A DNA stretch of 63,335 bases, filler included, from Thraustochytrium aureum (taxonomy: Eukaryota), in assembly GCA_012862495.1 (NCBI GenBank). It is 6 parts of 3 records of this genome, joined end to end, with 100 filler letters (N's around TTAATTAATTAA, not from the genome) between each part and the next. Parts side by side here need not be neighbours in the genome. Positions count along the whole stretch, not along the records: positions 1 to 13,486 come from BLSG01000098.1; positions 13,587 to 39,608 come from BLSG01000098.1; 4 more parts are not named here. One strand, given 5' to 3'. The notes beneath the pieces are model-generated. The model saw only the letters and a program-made list of their open reading frames with translations. It was not told the origin of the DNA and did no database searches. Positions 12,979-24,691 of the stretch are shown here, in pieces (the stretch's first letter is position 1; each line of letters opens with the position of its first letter). A program made the position numbers and the translations under genes.

Positions 12979-13530
12979 TGTGGCCCAACTTTCGTCGCCG
13001 TCCACCCACTCGCTGCTCGCCAATTGGCGGGCCGACGGCAGCCCGAGCCCTCTCTGGACGCAAGCCGCGGCGAGCCTTTCCTGCAAGTGATCGTTCACTC
13101 CGCGCGCTGGCGAGACTTAGGATGCAGGCAGCTTGGCGAGAGAGCGAGGGCGGCGTTGCGCATGTGCCGACATGGAGTCTGTGCAAGTACGAGTGTCTGG
13201 AACAAGTGCTGCGTCAATCAAAAAGGTGGGCGGCACCCTCTCAGGCTCCCAAGCTGTGTGCTCTGCTCGCGCATTCTCTCGAGCGTGCCTGCTCTGAGCG
13301 TGCTTCTGCAGGCCGACGGCGCGGTGCCTGGTCCGAAGCCAGCCTCTGCGAGGCGCTTTGTTGAGCCCTTCTGAGGTTGGTCGCCCAGAATGGCTCCTCT
13401 CGTGTTGGCCCTCGAAGTACCTACATGTCGTGGCGCGACGCGGAACGCTGGCCGGGCGAGCTCGAAGGGTGAACCCACAGACCTTGNNNNNNNNNNNNNN
13501 NNNNNNNNNNNNNNNNNNNNNNNNNNNNNN

Positions 13531-13542
13531 TTAATTAATTAA
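13531..13542. other. Artificial contig linker TTAATTAATTAA flanked by Ns
   Basis: Six-frame stop linker inside an N block; recurs five times in the window. Confidence 0.97.
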
Positions 13543-13586
13543 NNNNNNNNNNNNNNNNNNNNNNNNNNNNNNNNNNNNNNNNNNNN

Positions 13587-14200
13587 CGAGGTTGCTTGCC
13601 GGCCCCAGTGGCAGCGTCAGCGTGCAGGACCATCAATAATGCGGACGAGGTAGCTTGCCAGCCCCAGCGGCAGCGTCTCCAACACGAAGATCTCGCTCAG
13701 CTTGGCCTGGTCGGCCGGCCGCCGAAAGCGCATGCAGGGGGCGCTGCTTCATGGGGAGGGTCTTGGCCTCGCTCATGACAGCCGGACCCGCCATAAACGC
13801 CTCGAAGTTCTCGCGCTCTTGTTGAAAACGGCGTTGTCGCCGATCTGGCCGTTCCAGGTGCGCTGGTTGGTCATGCCCTCTGACGCAGCCAGAGGCAGTG
13901 ATCGACCTGGCTTGTGTTTTGCAGCGAGGCAAGACTCTCGCCTGCAGTCGCCGCCGCCGCGTGTACACTTCTGTGAGCAGTACGACGACAACGACATCGG
14001 CACCTTCGACCGCGTCCGCCATGGCCTCACCGAGGGCACCATCGAGTGTGTTCTGGCGGTCGAACCAGACCTCCCAGCCCTCCTCGCGCTACATCCAGGC
14101 CGCGGCCTCGGCCACAACCGCTTTGGTCGACCGACCGAGAATGACCGGCTTGCCGTCGCACGAGACGATGATCTTTTCTGGCGCGCCGCCATCGTTCCCT
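13587..14200 (-). pseudogene. Degraded TIR-NACHT paralogue (in-frame TAG at 14089-14091 plus frameshifts), truncated by the contig edge
   Basis: Conceptual translation KIIVSCDG..VVAEAAAWM*REEGWEVWFD..AMADAVEGADVVVVVLLTEVY / DCRRE..LPLAASEGMTNQRTWNGQIG aligns by eye with the TIR domain at 14761. A Walker A remnant GDAAAGAGK lies near 13650. Confidence 0.75.
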
Positions 14201-14760
14201 CTCGCTCGATCCCTTGCCACAGCGACGCTGTGCCGCGGCCAGGCCACCTGGAACGTGTCGCTGTGCAGCGTTCGGCGTCTAGCTAGATGTACTGCATCCC
14301 ACCACCGGTACGGCGGCGACTCGTTCACTGGGCGGTCGATTCGAAGGCCACCATGAGTTGATCGAAGGCCATCACCATCATTCATTCACTCGTCAAGCCA
14401 CCCATGCCCTGCGCCATCACGGACGGGCAAGTCGCGAGGCCGCTCCATCGCAGGCGGCATCTCGCGCGCAGGGGAGGGGGTCACCAGGAATAACTCGTGC
14501 GGCTCAATCAAGGCGGAGGAGAGAAGAGCCAGAGCTGGGCGGACACATCAATTGGCAGACCGCCATCCAAGGCCTCTCACCTGGTTGCACGTGTCCGCCG
14601 ATTTGTGGGCGTGCTCACGACCACGCAGTCGGCGGGGGCCAACGATCATCGCCACGGCGCCACTTCGTCACAGTATGTGGAGGCGCGCCGAGTTGTGGCC
14701 AAAACGCGCGCGAGGCCCGCAAACCGTGAATTCTTGCTGCCAGCAGGTGCCAGTGCGAAG

Positions 14761-17700
14761 ATGGCCGAACAGGATGGCGAGCTGATGGTCACGATTTTGT
14801 TCGAGGCCTCGTCGGTCGTGGACGGACGGCCTGTCGAGGAGGTCGTAGAAGAAATTGCGAGCTGGCTCGCACGCAACACCGACTGGAGCGTCTGGTTCGA
14901 CGACCGCAAGCCGGCGGCAACCGCTGACCGTGCCGCAACTGCTGACCGTGCGGGGGCCGCCGCGGAGGCTATCGACGACGCGGACGTCATCCTCGCCCTT
15001 TTGACGGACGAGTACGTGCGCAAGGTTAATGCCGGCGCCGAAGACGACCCGTGCAAGCGCGAGTTCAGATACGCAGCCGAGCACAGGGCTGGCCGGATTG
15101 TACCCCTCGTTGCCTCAGATGCGCTCGCCGACCAGCGCAACTGGGACGGCCTGCTCGGACTCGTTCTGGGCCAGGAGATGTTCCAAACGATAAATGCCAA
15201 CTTTGCAGATTCCATGGCGAGCTTGGCAGCCATTATCGAGGGCAAAGCCAGGCACCAAGCCGAGCGACCGCGTGCGGCCTCGGCCGTGGGCGAACAGGCC
15301 AAGCAGCCGGAGTTCTTCACGCTGCCACCCAGTTTAGCCCTTTGCTCACGGCACGGCTCAAAGCCAGCGAGTTCCACGATGGCACGCGCGAGGCGGCCAT
15401 CAAGCACGTTCGAACGTGGTACAAGGACGACCTGCCCAAGAAGAAAAGCCCGGTACTTGGTGTTTATCGGTCCCGCCGGGGTGCGGGCAAGTCGGCCCTG
15501 ATGGGCAAGCTCTGCCAGGAAGCGGCTGTCAGCACGCGCANNNNNNNNNNNNNNNNNNNNNNNNNNNNNNNNNNNNNNNNNNNNNNNNNNNNNNNNNNNN
15601 NNNNNNNNNNCCCAGGCCTAACGAGGAGCTGCGCAAGCTTGACGGGGATGAATTGGACAAGGTCACAGACGTGGGTGCCCTGTTCCAGGCTGTGCTTGCG
15701 GGGCCCTGCAGCGCGGTCGACGCGCCACAGCAGAGCGTCGTGATCGTCTTGGATGCTCTCGACGAGGTCTCTCCTGCTGACAAAGGCGAGTTCATCAGCA
15801 TGATCAAGACCGAGTGGACCAAGCGCGCGCCAGACTGGCTCGGCTTGCTCGTCTCTTCCCGGCCTGAGGACCCGATCCAAAGCGAGCTGGCCGAGTTTCA
15901 GCCGCGCGTCTTTCAGCTCAGCGACGCGGAGAACGAAGCGGACGTCAAGCGGTTTCTGCGCGCCATGCTGGAAAGGTACTTGAGGGATCCCGAACGCGAG
16001 CTCGAAGATGCTGTAGAGCTTCTCGCGGACCGCGCCAAGGGCTTGTTCTTGTACGCGCGGTTCATTGGAGAGCAGCTCGCAGAGTGCGACCGCAGGGCAG
16101 TGACTTTAAAGCAGCTCCTGGAGGACAACGACGCTTTCCCGGAAGGCCTCGACGAAGCGTACCGCACCAACTTGTTGCGGTTTCTCGAGGGCGCGCTCGA
16201 GGGCGACTACGACAAGTATCAGGGCCTGTTCGGCAGCATGGTCGTCGCCCGCGAGCCGCTGCCGTTACGAGTCGTCGGGCGGCTGCTTGGCTTGGATGAA
16301 GCGTCTCTGGGGCGCTTTCTCCGCAAAGCGAGCGCCTTGCTGGACGTCCGCGAGGACTCGGTCGCGTTTATTCACAAGTCGATGAGCGATTTCCTGCTTG
16401 ACGATGAGCGCGCGGCTCAGATCAACGCGCGGGGCAAACCGTACCACGGCCATCGCTTCGCCGTGGACGCCAGCCATGGCCACGCACTCCTCGCGCAAGC
16501 GCTTCAAGCCGAATCGAACGCAACCTCGCGGTTCGCGGCTCGCCACCTGCTGTTTCACCTCCTCAAGACCGAGCAGGAGGGGGCAGTTGCGTCAAAGCTG
16601 CTCGACCTCGCCTGGCTCCTCGTGGTCGCCGAGGCCGGCGCTGCGGCACAGCTCGTGCGGGACGTCCAACTTGCGCAAGGCCTCGGAGCAGACGCCAAGC
16701 TAGCTGCACGTGCTGTTGAGATGGCTGTACAGGCAGTCAGCCGCGACTGGCGTGAGCTTCCTGGCCAACTCCTCGGCCACCTCCCCGAAGCGCACCCACT
16801 CGTCATGCAAGCTTTCGCGTTTCGCCACCCTGATTTTGCCTGGTTGCGGCCAGTATGCGCAGCGCAGGCGCAGGCAGGCGACCCTCTGCGCAAGACTCTG
16901 AATGGGCACGCATTCATCGTGAGCAGCGTAGCCGTTTCACACGACGGCCAGCGCATTGTGTCTGGGAGCTTGGACTACACAGTGCGCGTCTGGGACGCCA
17001 ACACGAGCAAAGTACTGCGCTGCCTCCAAGGCCACATGGTTTCCGTAGACGCTGTAGCCATCTCGCGGAGCGGTCAGCGAATCGTGTCTGGCGGTGGCGA
17101 CTCGACCGTGCGAGTGTGGGNNNNNNNNNNNNNNNNNNNNNNNNNNNNNNNNNNNNNNNNNNNNNNNNNNNNNNNNNNNNNNNNNNNNNNNNNNNNNNNN
17201 NNNNNNNNNNNNNNNNNNNNNNNNNNNNNNNNNNNNNNNNNNNNNNNNNNNNNNNNNNNNNNNNNNNNNNNNNNNNNNNNNNNNNNNNNNNNNNNNNNNN
17301 NNNNNNNNNNNNNNNNNNNNNNNNNNNNNNNNNNNNNNNNNNNNNNNNNNNNNNNNNNNNNGAGACGACCAGCGGATTGTATCTGGCAGCGAAGACGGAA
17401 CCGTACGCGTCTGGGACGCGAACACTGGCCAAGAGCTGGAACGCTTCGAGGGGCACACGCTTGGTGTTAAAGCTGTGGCTGTCTCTCGGGACGGCTTGCG
17501 GATAGTCTCCGGCAGTGATGACGCGACAGTGCGAGTGTGGGACTCCAGCACTGGCCAGCTGGAGCGGCGCCTTGTCGGGCACGCGGCGGCTGTCTGGGCC
17601 GTTGCCGTTTCCCATGACGGCAAGCAGATCGTGTCTGGCAGCCTGGACAAAACCATACGGGTCTGGGACATGAGCACCGGCCAGGTTCTACGGCAGCTGG

Positions 17701-18680
17701 AGGGCCACACAGAAATCGTGTCCGCAGTGGCGCTTTCGCGCGACGGCCAGCGGATTGTCTCGGGCAGCTACGACAAAACTATCCGGGTCTGGGACGCCCA
17801 CACCGGCCAGGAGCTTGCCCGCCTCGAAGGGCACGTCTTACCCGTTTGCGCGGTGGCCCTTTCCAGGGACGGCCAGCGAATAATCTCGGGCAGCAGCGAC
17901 AGCACCGTGCGTATCTGGAACGCCGAAAACCGCATCCAGAAACCGCACGGCCGCCAAGGCCACTCGGATTTGGTGACTGCGGTGGTTCTGACGCGTGACG
18001 GCGAGCGAATCGTGTCCGGGAGCTTAGATCAGACCTTGCGGGTTTGGAACGCCAAAGCGGGCGGCGAGCTTTTCCGTCTGCAAGGTCACACCGACTACGT
18101 AAGGGCATTGGCCCTCTCGCGTGACGACCTGCGGCTCGTGTCCGCCAGCCGTGACAAGACCTTGCGAGTTTGGGACCTCAACACCGGCCGGGAGCTGCGC
18201 TGCCTCCAAGGGCACTCTGAGATCGTATCTGCTGTGGCGCTTTCGTCCGACGACCAGCAAATTGTGTCCGGCAGCGGGGACAAATCGGTGCGCGTCTGGG
18301 ACGCCACGACCGGCAAGCTGCTCCATGTTTTCCATGGACACGACGTCGCGGTTAGCGATGTGGCCCTATCGCGCGGCGGGCAGCAAGTCGTATCCCGCGA
18401 CTATAGTGGCGCCGTTCTGGTCTGGTCGATGGGTTCGGGCCAGGTCCTACAGGATGTGAACGGCGAGGTCGTATTTGACAAGCGCCGACAAGGCCAGCCG
18501 AAGCTGACGAACGGCAGCAGCACAATGTCGATCATGTGCGATGACGGGAGTCTTTCAGCTGGTTTCACATGCGACGCGCGTATCGAGGCATGCGCAGGGG
18601 CTGTGGACGGGTCGTTCGTGGCATTTTTCGACATTTCGCACCGGCCTTGCGTTTTGGAGCTTGTGCGGCGAAAGATGTAG
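14761..18680 (+). CDS. TIR-NACHT-WD40 STAND/NLR-like protein (HET-E/NWD-like); two gaps, apparent frameshifts near 15330 and 15460-15480
   Basis: TIR_2-like N-terminus (WSVWFD..AIDDADVILALLTDEY..PCKREF..RIVPLV). Walker A reconstructs as VFIGPAGAGKS, Walker B is VVIVLDALDE, followed by LLVSSRP, GLFLYA and FIHKSMSDFL. At least 11 visible GH..WD repeats of 42 aa. Confidence 0.9.
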
Positions 18681-19495
18681 GCGCATGGCCCAGCACGAAT
18701 CTGCGACACGAGTGCGACGGGCACCCCGGCCTTTGTGTGCTCTCTAGCTAGCTAGAGTACCACCTAAAGAACGACGTGGTGGCCATGAGCCGAGCAGGCG
18801 CAGCGGGCTGCAGCACCGATCCACCGACCTCCTGAGTGAATGCCAATCCCCCGTGCGAGCAAACAACCAAGTGACCGTCAAGCCGCCGGGCGCTGCGCAA
18901 CCGCTCAGGCCCGCATGCGCACCCAGACTCGCATCGTCGTGCCGAGTTGTTGCGGGGTCGTCACGAAGTGTTTTTCATTCATCTGTGGCGAACGAACGAA
19001 CAACCGCTATCTTTCCTTCCCGCCGGCAGAAACAGCAGCAGCAGCAGCAGCAGAGCCCGAACGCGTCCTGTGCGCCGCGACGGTCGCGCAGCGCCGTCCC
19101 GGGCTCGACTCGCTCGATCGGTGGAGCGGGCCCGCAGCTTGGAGTGCCACGCAAGCCNNNNNNNNNNNNNNNNNNNNNNNNNNNNNNNNNNNNNNNNNNN
19201 NNNNNNNNNNNNNNNNNNNNNNNNNNNNNNNNNNNNNNNNNNNNNNNNNNNNNNNNNNNNNNNNNNNNNNNNNNNNNNNNNNNNNNNNNNNNNNNNNNNN
19301 NNNNNNNNNNNNNNNNNNNNNNNNNNNNNNNNNNNNNNNNNNNNNNNNNNCCCTGGGCCGTCGTGCGGCGCGCGGAGCCGCCCCGGCTCGGCGGGCTGGT
19401 AGCGCTGCAGGCCACGCCCGGCAAGGGGGCCGTCCACTGGTCGAGGTCGTGCGCGGGCAGCTCGGGCCGCAGGTCGGCGGCCCTCCGCCGCTCTG

Positions 19496-22400
19496 ATGGA
19501 CCGCACGGAGCTCCAAAGATGGCTCCACGACTCGCACGTACCGACTGTGATGTTGCTCAGCACGGAGAAGGCCAACGAAATCGCGGAAACGCGCAACTGC
19601 CTCAGCTTGGCGGAGCTCCTGAGCCCGTTCGGCAAGACCAGCGGGCAGGTGCCGTTCCGCACCCCGGCGCACACTTATGGGCTCCGCAGCTTTCGCGTCC
19701 AATTCGTGGCCGCGGGCGAGCTTGAACCCGTTCCGCTTGAGCTCGCCGAGGCAAGGCTGCAGCAAGTCGCCCACCGCGGCGCGCCCGCTGGAAGCGTGGA
19801 AGAGATGCTCTACAACGGGCCAGAAGACAACGCAGACGTTCTGCGCTTTGTCCAGAAGAACCGCGAGCAGCCTTTTTATCGAGCGTATCGGGCCGAGCTC
19901 GCTCGCGCGCTGCAGCATGACGAGACGCAAATGTTTGGCCAGCCCGTCGGCTGTCTCGCGGTCGTGTCCTCAACCGACCAGGACCCTGTCGGGTGCTTTG
20001 GGCAACTGTTCAGCCCGCACTTTCTGCCGAGCGGGTTCCAAAAGGGCCAGTACGACCCCCAGATGCGCCGCTTTTGCCTCATCATCCACGATCGAAGCGA
20101 CCCGGCAAGCGCCGCGGTCGACCTGGACGCACTTCGGCGCCTGGAGCACTCTGCTCCTGGCCACACCTTCCACGTGGTTGAGCTCGACAACGACTTTGAC
20201 ACGCGCCAGGACGCGAGCGAAAGCCGCAGCAAGGAACAGACCGATCGCGCTGCTATGTGGGCCCCCTTCGTGGGGCGCTCTTTCTTCGCTGCGCACGCCA
20301 GGCGCCCCCCCGACCGGCCCCTCGGCTACAACCTGACGAACGGGGACCTCGAAACCCTCTCGCGCTTTGCAAGCTCGCTCATGGTTTCTGGTGTGCTGCA
20401 GGCGCTCGAGTCGCGCCTATTCACGCTTGATACACGGGTCACCGAGAAGCGCAAGGGCCTGCGCAACACGGTGCGCCGATTATGGAGACCGTCGACCAGA
20501 TCGGGCGCGGGCGGGCCGAGCGACGGCACTGCGGAGGGCGGCGCGGGGTCTGCGGTGGGCGGTGCGGCTGGGGCTGGGGCATCGCGCGCAAGGGTCCGCT
20601 ACCTGCACGACTCGATCGAGGCGCACATCCGGCTGCTAGCCGACCTCGCGTTTATGGTCCAAGACTACGACATGGCGCTGTCCAACTACCGCATCGCTCG
20701 GGAGGACTTTAACAGCGACAAGTCGCTGCTGCACCACGGCGCAGCCCTCGAAATGATGGCTCTCGCCAACTTTATGAAGGGCGGCGACCACCAAAAGTCG
20801 CTTGGGTACTTGGTCCAGGCGCAAACATCGTTCCGCGACGCAATTGTGGCAGCTCACCAGGTCAGTGACGAGGCGGAGCGGGGCGCCCGAACCTCGCAGG
20901 CCGCACGGCTCTTGACCAACTCGGCCATGCTGTACGCCGACCTGGTGCTCGCATCTGGCACTGGAGCGCCGCGGCTTTTTGGCGAGGCGATCGAGCAGCT
21001 TGCTCGCGCCTCGCTTGAGGAGACTCCTTTGGCGGCGGCTGTCCTCCTCGAGCAGACAGGCATGTTTCTGCTGTTTCAGCAGCTTGCGGCCACGGGCAAG
21101 TGGACCTACAGCGACGCGAGATCTGGCAAAGGCCCCTCGCCGGAGGCGCTCGAAGAATCTGGCAGCATCACGCGTCGCTTGCGCAAGTTTGGCTTTCACC
21201 TCGTCATGGCCAGCCGCCTCTACGCAGACTGCGGCAACCTCGAGCATGCCATGCGGTGCCTTGCGACTGCCAAGCGCCTCTACGGAGAGCGCTGGCGCAC
21301 ATTAACGACCACATCGACACGTTCCTAGGCGAGCACGCTCTGCAGCTCGGCGATACCCAGCACGCGCTTCCGCTCTGGACAAACGTCCTGCGCCGCGGCC
21401 AGCAGCCACCCGCCAAGCAGGCCAAGCTCCTCAGCGACCTGCGCCGGTGTCTCGCTGAGGCCGCCGCTCACGGTCCCGCCGTCGAAAACTGGGATTTCTC
21501 TGTCCCGTGCGTCCAAGACGAGAGTATCGCGGTTCTCGACCAGCAAAACGCCTCCATCATCCCTCCGGTGTCTGCCACAGGACTCCGCCTAGAGGAGCCA
21601 GAGGCACGATCTGTCGCAGCCGATCCGGGGATTGAGGAGCGGGCCGAGGCGCTCCGCGAAGCGCAGAAACAGACCTCCTCCGAGTCTCGACGCCGTGAGG
21701 AGTCTCTGTGGGCAGAGCAGTGTCCCACCTTGCCGCCTCAGCTCCAGGCCCGCCAGGCGTTGCGGATGCAAATGTGACGGGGCGCGCCTTCCGCCGGGGC
21801 CGGGGCCGGGCGGCTGAAGCTGTGCCAGACACCTGCTATGTGGGCGAACCCCTATTTGTGGACGTGCCACTCCGCAACCCTTGCTCGGTGCCGCTCGACC
21901 TTGCCAGCGCGTCGCTGGTCGCAGAGATAATTGATGCAGAAGGCAGCAGACTCGGGGCGAGCGATGGAGCCATGGAGGCCCCAGTCGTCGCCGCTGTCGT
22001 GCTCGAGCCCGGGGCGACCGTCGCAGTGCGGTTTAGTGTAGTTCCGCTCATCGATGGCCGCCTCAGGATCATTGGCGCGACATGGAGCCTTGTTGGCCTG
22101 GGCCCAGTCGTTCGCGAGTTTGTCTTGAAGGGGGCGCGACTAAACGAAACCAAGGAGGATCGCGTTGCGGGGGCGCGCGCGCAAGACCTCCGGCTGCAGC
22201 GGATCGTAAAGAGCAGCTCGGCTTGGCTGGGCGCCGAGCTCGACGTGCCAGACGCCACTTTCGAGGGCCNNNNNNNNNNNNNNNNNNNNNNNNNNNNNNN
22301 NNNNNNNNNNNNNNNNNNNNNNNNNNNNNNNNNNNNNNNNNNNNNNNNNNNNNNNNNNNNNNNNNNNNNNNNNNNNNNNNNNNNNNNNNNNNNNNNNNNN

Positions 22401-23880
22401 NNNNNNNNNNNNNNNNNNNNNNNNNNNNNNNNNNNNNNNNNNCAAGTCGACGATGACCGGCCCAATTGTGGTCGCGTGCAGCTTGCCGTGCGTGTGTATC
22501 GGGGCCGACTCGAGCGAGTTCGACTATGCGGTGCGCAAGTCTGCGCCATTACTCGACGATGCCGGAACGGTGGTCCAGCTCCCGGTGACCGACCTCGAGC
22601 CGGGCCTGCCGGTCAGCGTACCGGTTTGCCTGCGCGTTCCTGCGACTGCGGGGCTCACCATTGTTCGACTCCTCCTGCGCTACAGCGACGGAGCCGAAAC
22701 GCGGCATCTGCGCCTCGCCGTCAAGCTGCGCGTCCGCGCATCTGTTCGCGTCACTGCAGAGTGCTTCGCCTCGCCGGTGGTCGCAGATGAGCACGTTCTG
22801 TCCGTTTCGGCGCGAAATGTCTCGCGCACTGCGATGGCAACGTTCAGGATGACGCATCTCACTGCCCTGAGCCAGGCGTGGCAGATTGCGCACTTAGGAC
22901 CAGCCCGGGATTGGGCGCTCGTGCAACCGGGCGAGACAGTCACGCTCTTGGCAACTGTGCGCCGCCGCGATTCGCAGAGCACGCCGAGGTCGACGCTCGG
23001 TCTTGGGCCCGACAAGGACCCTGCAAGCCAAGAGAGTACTGACGAGGACGAATCTGCCGTGACGGAGGCATGCAGCGCGCACTTTGCGTGCCTCGAGAAC
23101 GCGCGGTCTGTGCTTGCTGCCCGAGAGGCTGCCCGCGAAAAGCACCTTCGTTTTAAGGACATGCTGCAGGCGGAAGGCCGCCTTCCCGTCTCCATCCAAG
23201 AGATCCGCCGACTGAACAGGGCAGGCGGCGGGGAAGAGGATGCCGAGCTCGCCTTCCTGAACCGTCTCGAGCGCCGCAGCAAGCCTGCCGAGGACGAGCC
23301 AGCGCCGCCAGCCGAAGACTCGCTCTATTTTGGAGAGCGCGCGTCAAGGCTGCACCTGGTCGTTGCGTGGTCGTCCGCAGATTATATGAGCCGTGGGCAG
23401 ACAGAGCTCCTCAACTTGCCTGTCTTTGAGAAGCGGCAGCCCTTCGCACTGGCGCTCGCGTACTGCCGCGCGACGACGAGCCGTGTCGTCGCTGCCACCC
23501 TCACGGTGACCAACGCATCGGAGAAGCAGACGGGTCCCGTCGTCTTGCACGCGGACCGCGCGGCGGGATTCATCTGGGTCGGGCTCACTCGCACCAAGGT
23601 ACCGCCACTTGACCCGGGCGGGCGTTTCGCGGTCAGCCTCAAGGCGGTTTTTCGCGGCTCGGGGCAGTTTGAGCTCAACACGTTTCGGATCGTCTGTGGC
23701 GAGGCAGCGTACAGCTCGTCCAACAGCTTCTTCATCACCGTCCACAACCACGTTAATCGCCGCGCCGACCAAGCGGAAGCCAAGGACGGGGAGCTGGACG
23801 GCGTCCAGGCTTCTGCCGGCGCTCAGGACCCTTCACCGCTTCCCAGCGGACGCGAGCACCTTGAAGCGACCCACGGTCCG
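19496..23880 (+). CDS. TRAPPC8: TRAPP III subunit Trs85/TRAPPC8 (frameshifts near 21290 and 21770; gap; 3' end in gap)
   Basis: N-terminal NCLSLAELLSPFG, QPVGCLAVVSS, IRLLADLAFMVQDYDMALSNY, AAVLLEQ, RKFGFHLVMA, and a C-terminal Ig-like region (VGEPLFVDVPLRNP). Confidence 0.85.
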
Positions 23881-24502
23881 NNNNNNNNNNNNNNNNNNNN
23901 NNNNNNNNNNNNNNNNNNNNNNNNNNNNNNNNNNNNNNNNNNNNNNNNNNNNNNNNNNNNNNNNNNNNNNNNNNNNNNNNNNNNNNNNNNNNNNNNNNNN
24001 NNNNNNNNNNNNNNNNNNNNNNNNNNNNNNNNNNNNNNNNNNNNNNNNNNNNNNNNNNNNNNNNNNNNNNNNNNNNNNNNNNNNNNNNNNNNNNNNNNNN
24101 NNNNNNNNNNNNNNNNNNNNNNNNNNNNNNNNNNNNNNNNNNNNNNNNNNNNNNNNNNNNNNNNNNNNNNNNNNNNNNNNNNNNNNNNNNNNNNNNNNNN
24201 NNNNNNNNNNNNNNNNNNNNNNNNNNNNNNNNNNNNNNNNNNNNNNNNNNNNNNNNNNNNNNNNNNNNNNNNNNNNNNNNNNNNNNNNNNNNNNNNNNNN
24301 NNNNNNNNNNNNNNNNNNNNNNNNNNNNNNNNNNNNNNNNNNNNNNNNNNNNNNNNNNNNNNNNNNNNNNNNNNNNNNNNNNNNNNNNNNNNNNNNNNNN
24401 NNNNNNNNNNNNNNNNNNNNNNNNNNNNNNNNNNNNNNNNNNNNNNNNNNNNNNNNNNNNNNNNNNNNNNNNNNNNNNNNNNNNNNNNNNNNNNNNNNNN
24501 NN

Positions 24503-24554
<52 letters not shown>

Positions 24555-24555
24555 G
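24503..24555 (-). repeat. (CAA)n microsatellite in the 3' part of an LRR-gene intron
   Basis: About 17 ttg units adjoining the N gap. Confidence 0.9.
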
Positions 24556-24691
24556 GATGATTGGAGGACGGCAGCGCGTCGCGTTGCGTTGCGTTCGTGC
24601 GTCAGCGAGCGAGAGAAAGCAGGTGCGGCCGTGCAAGCTGTCGTATGAAGGAACGTGTTCGGCGAACCGCACTGCGTTCTTAACGACTTAC

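Noticed and set aside
13487..13586. Palindromic TTAATTAATTAA recurring five times, as a possible biological element
   Set aside because: It is always centred in a ~100-bp N block and gives stops in all six frames, so it is an assembly linker. Synteny across these points is not trusted.
14089..14091. In-frame TAG as evidence of an alternative genetic code
   Set aside because: TAG terminates intact genes here (poly(A) polymerase, the NLR, p62), and the surrounding copy has other lesions.
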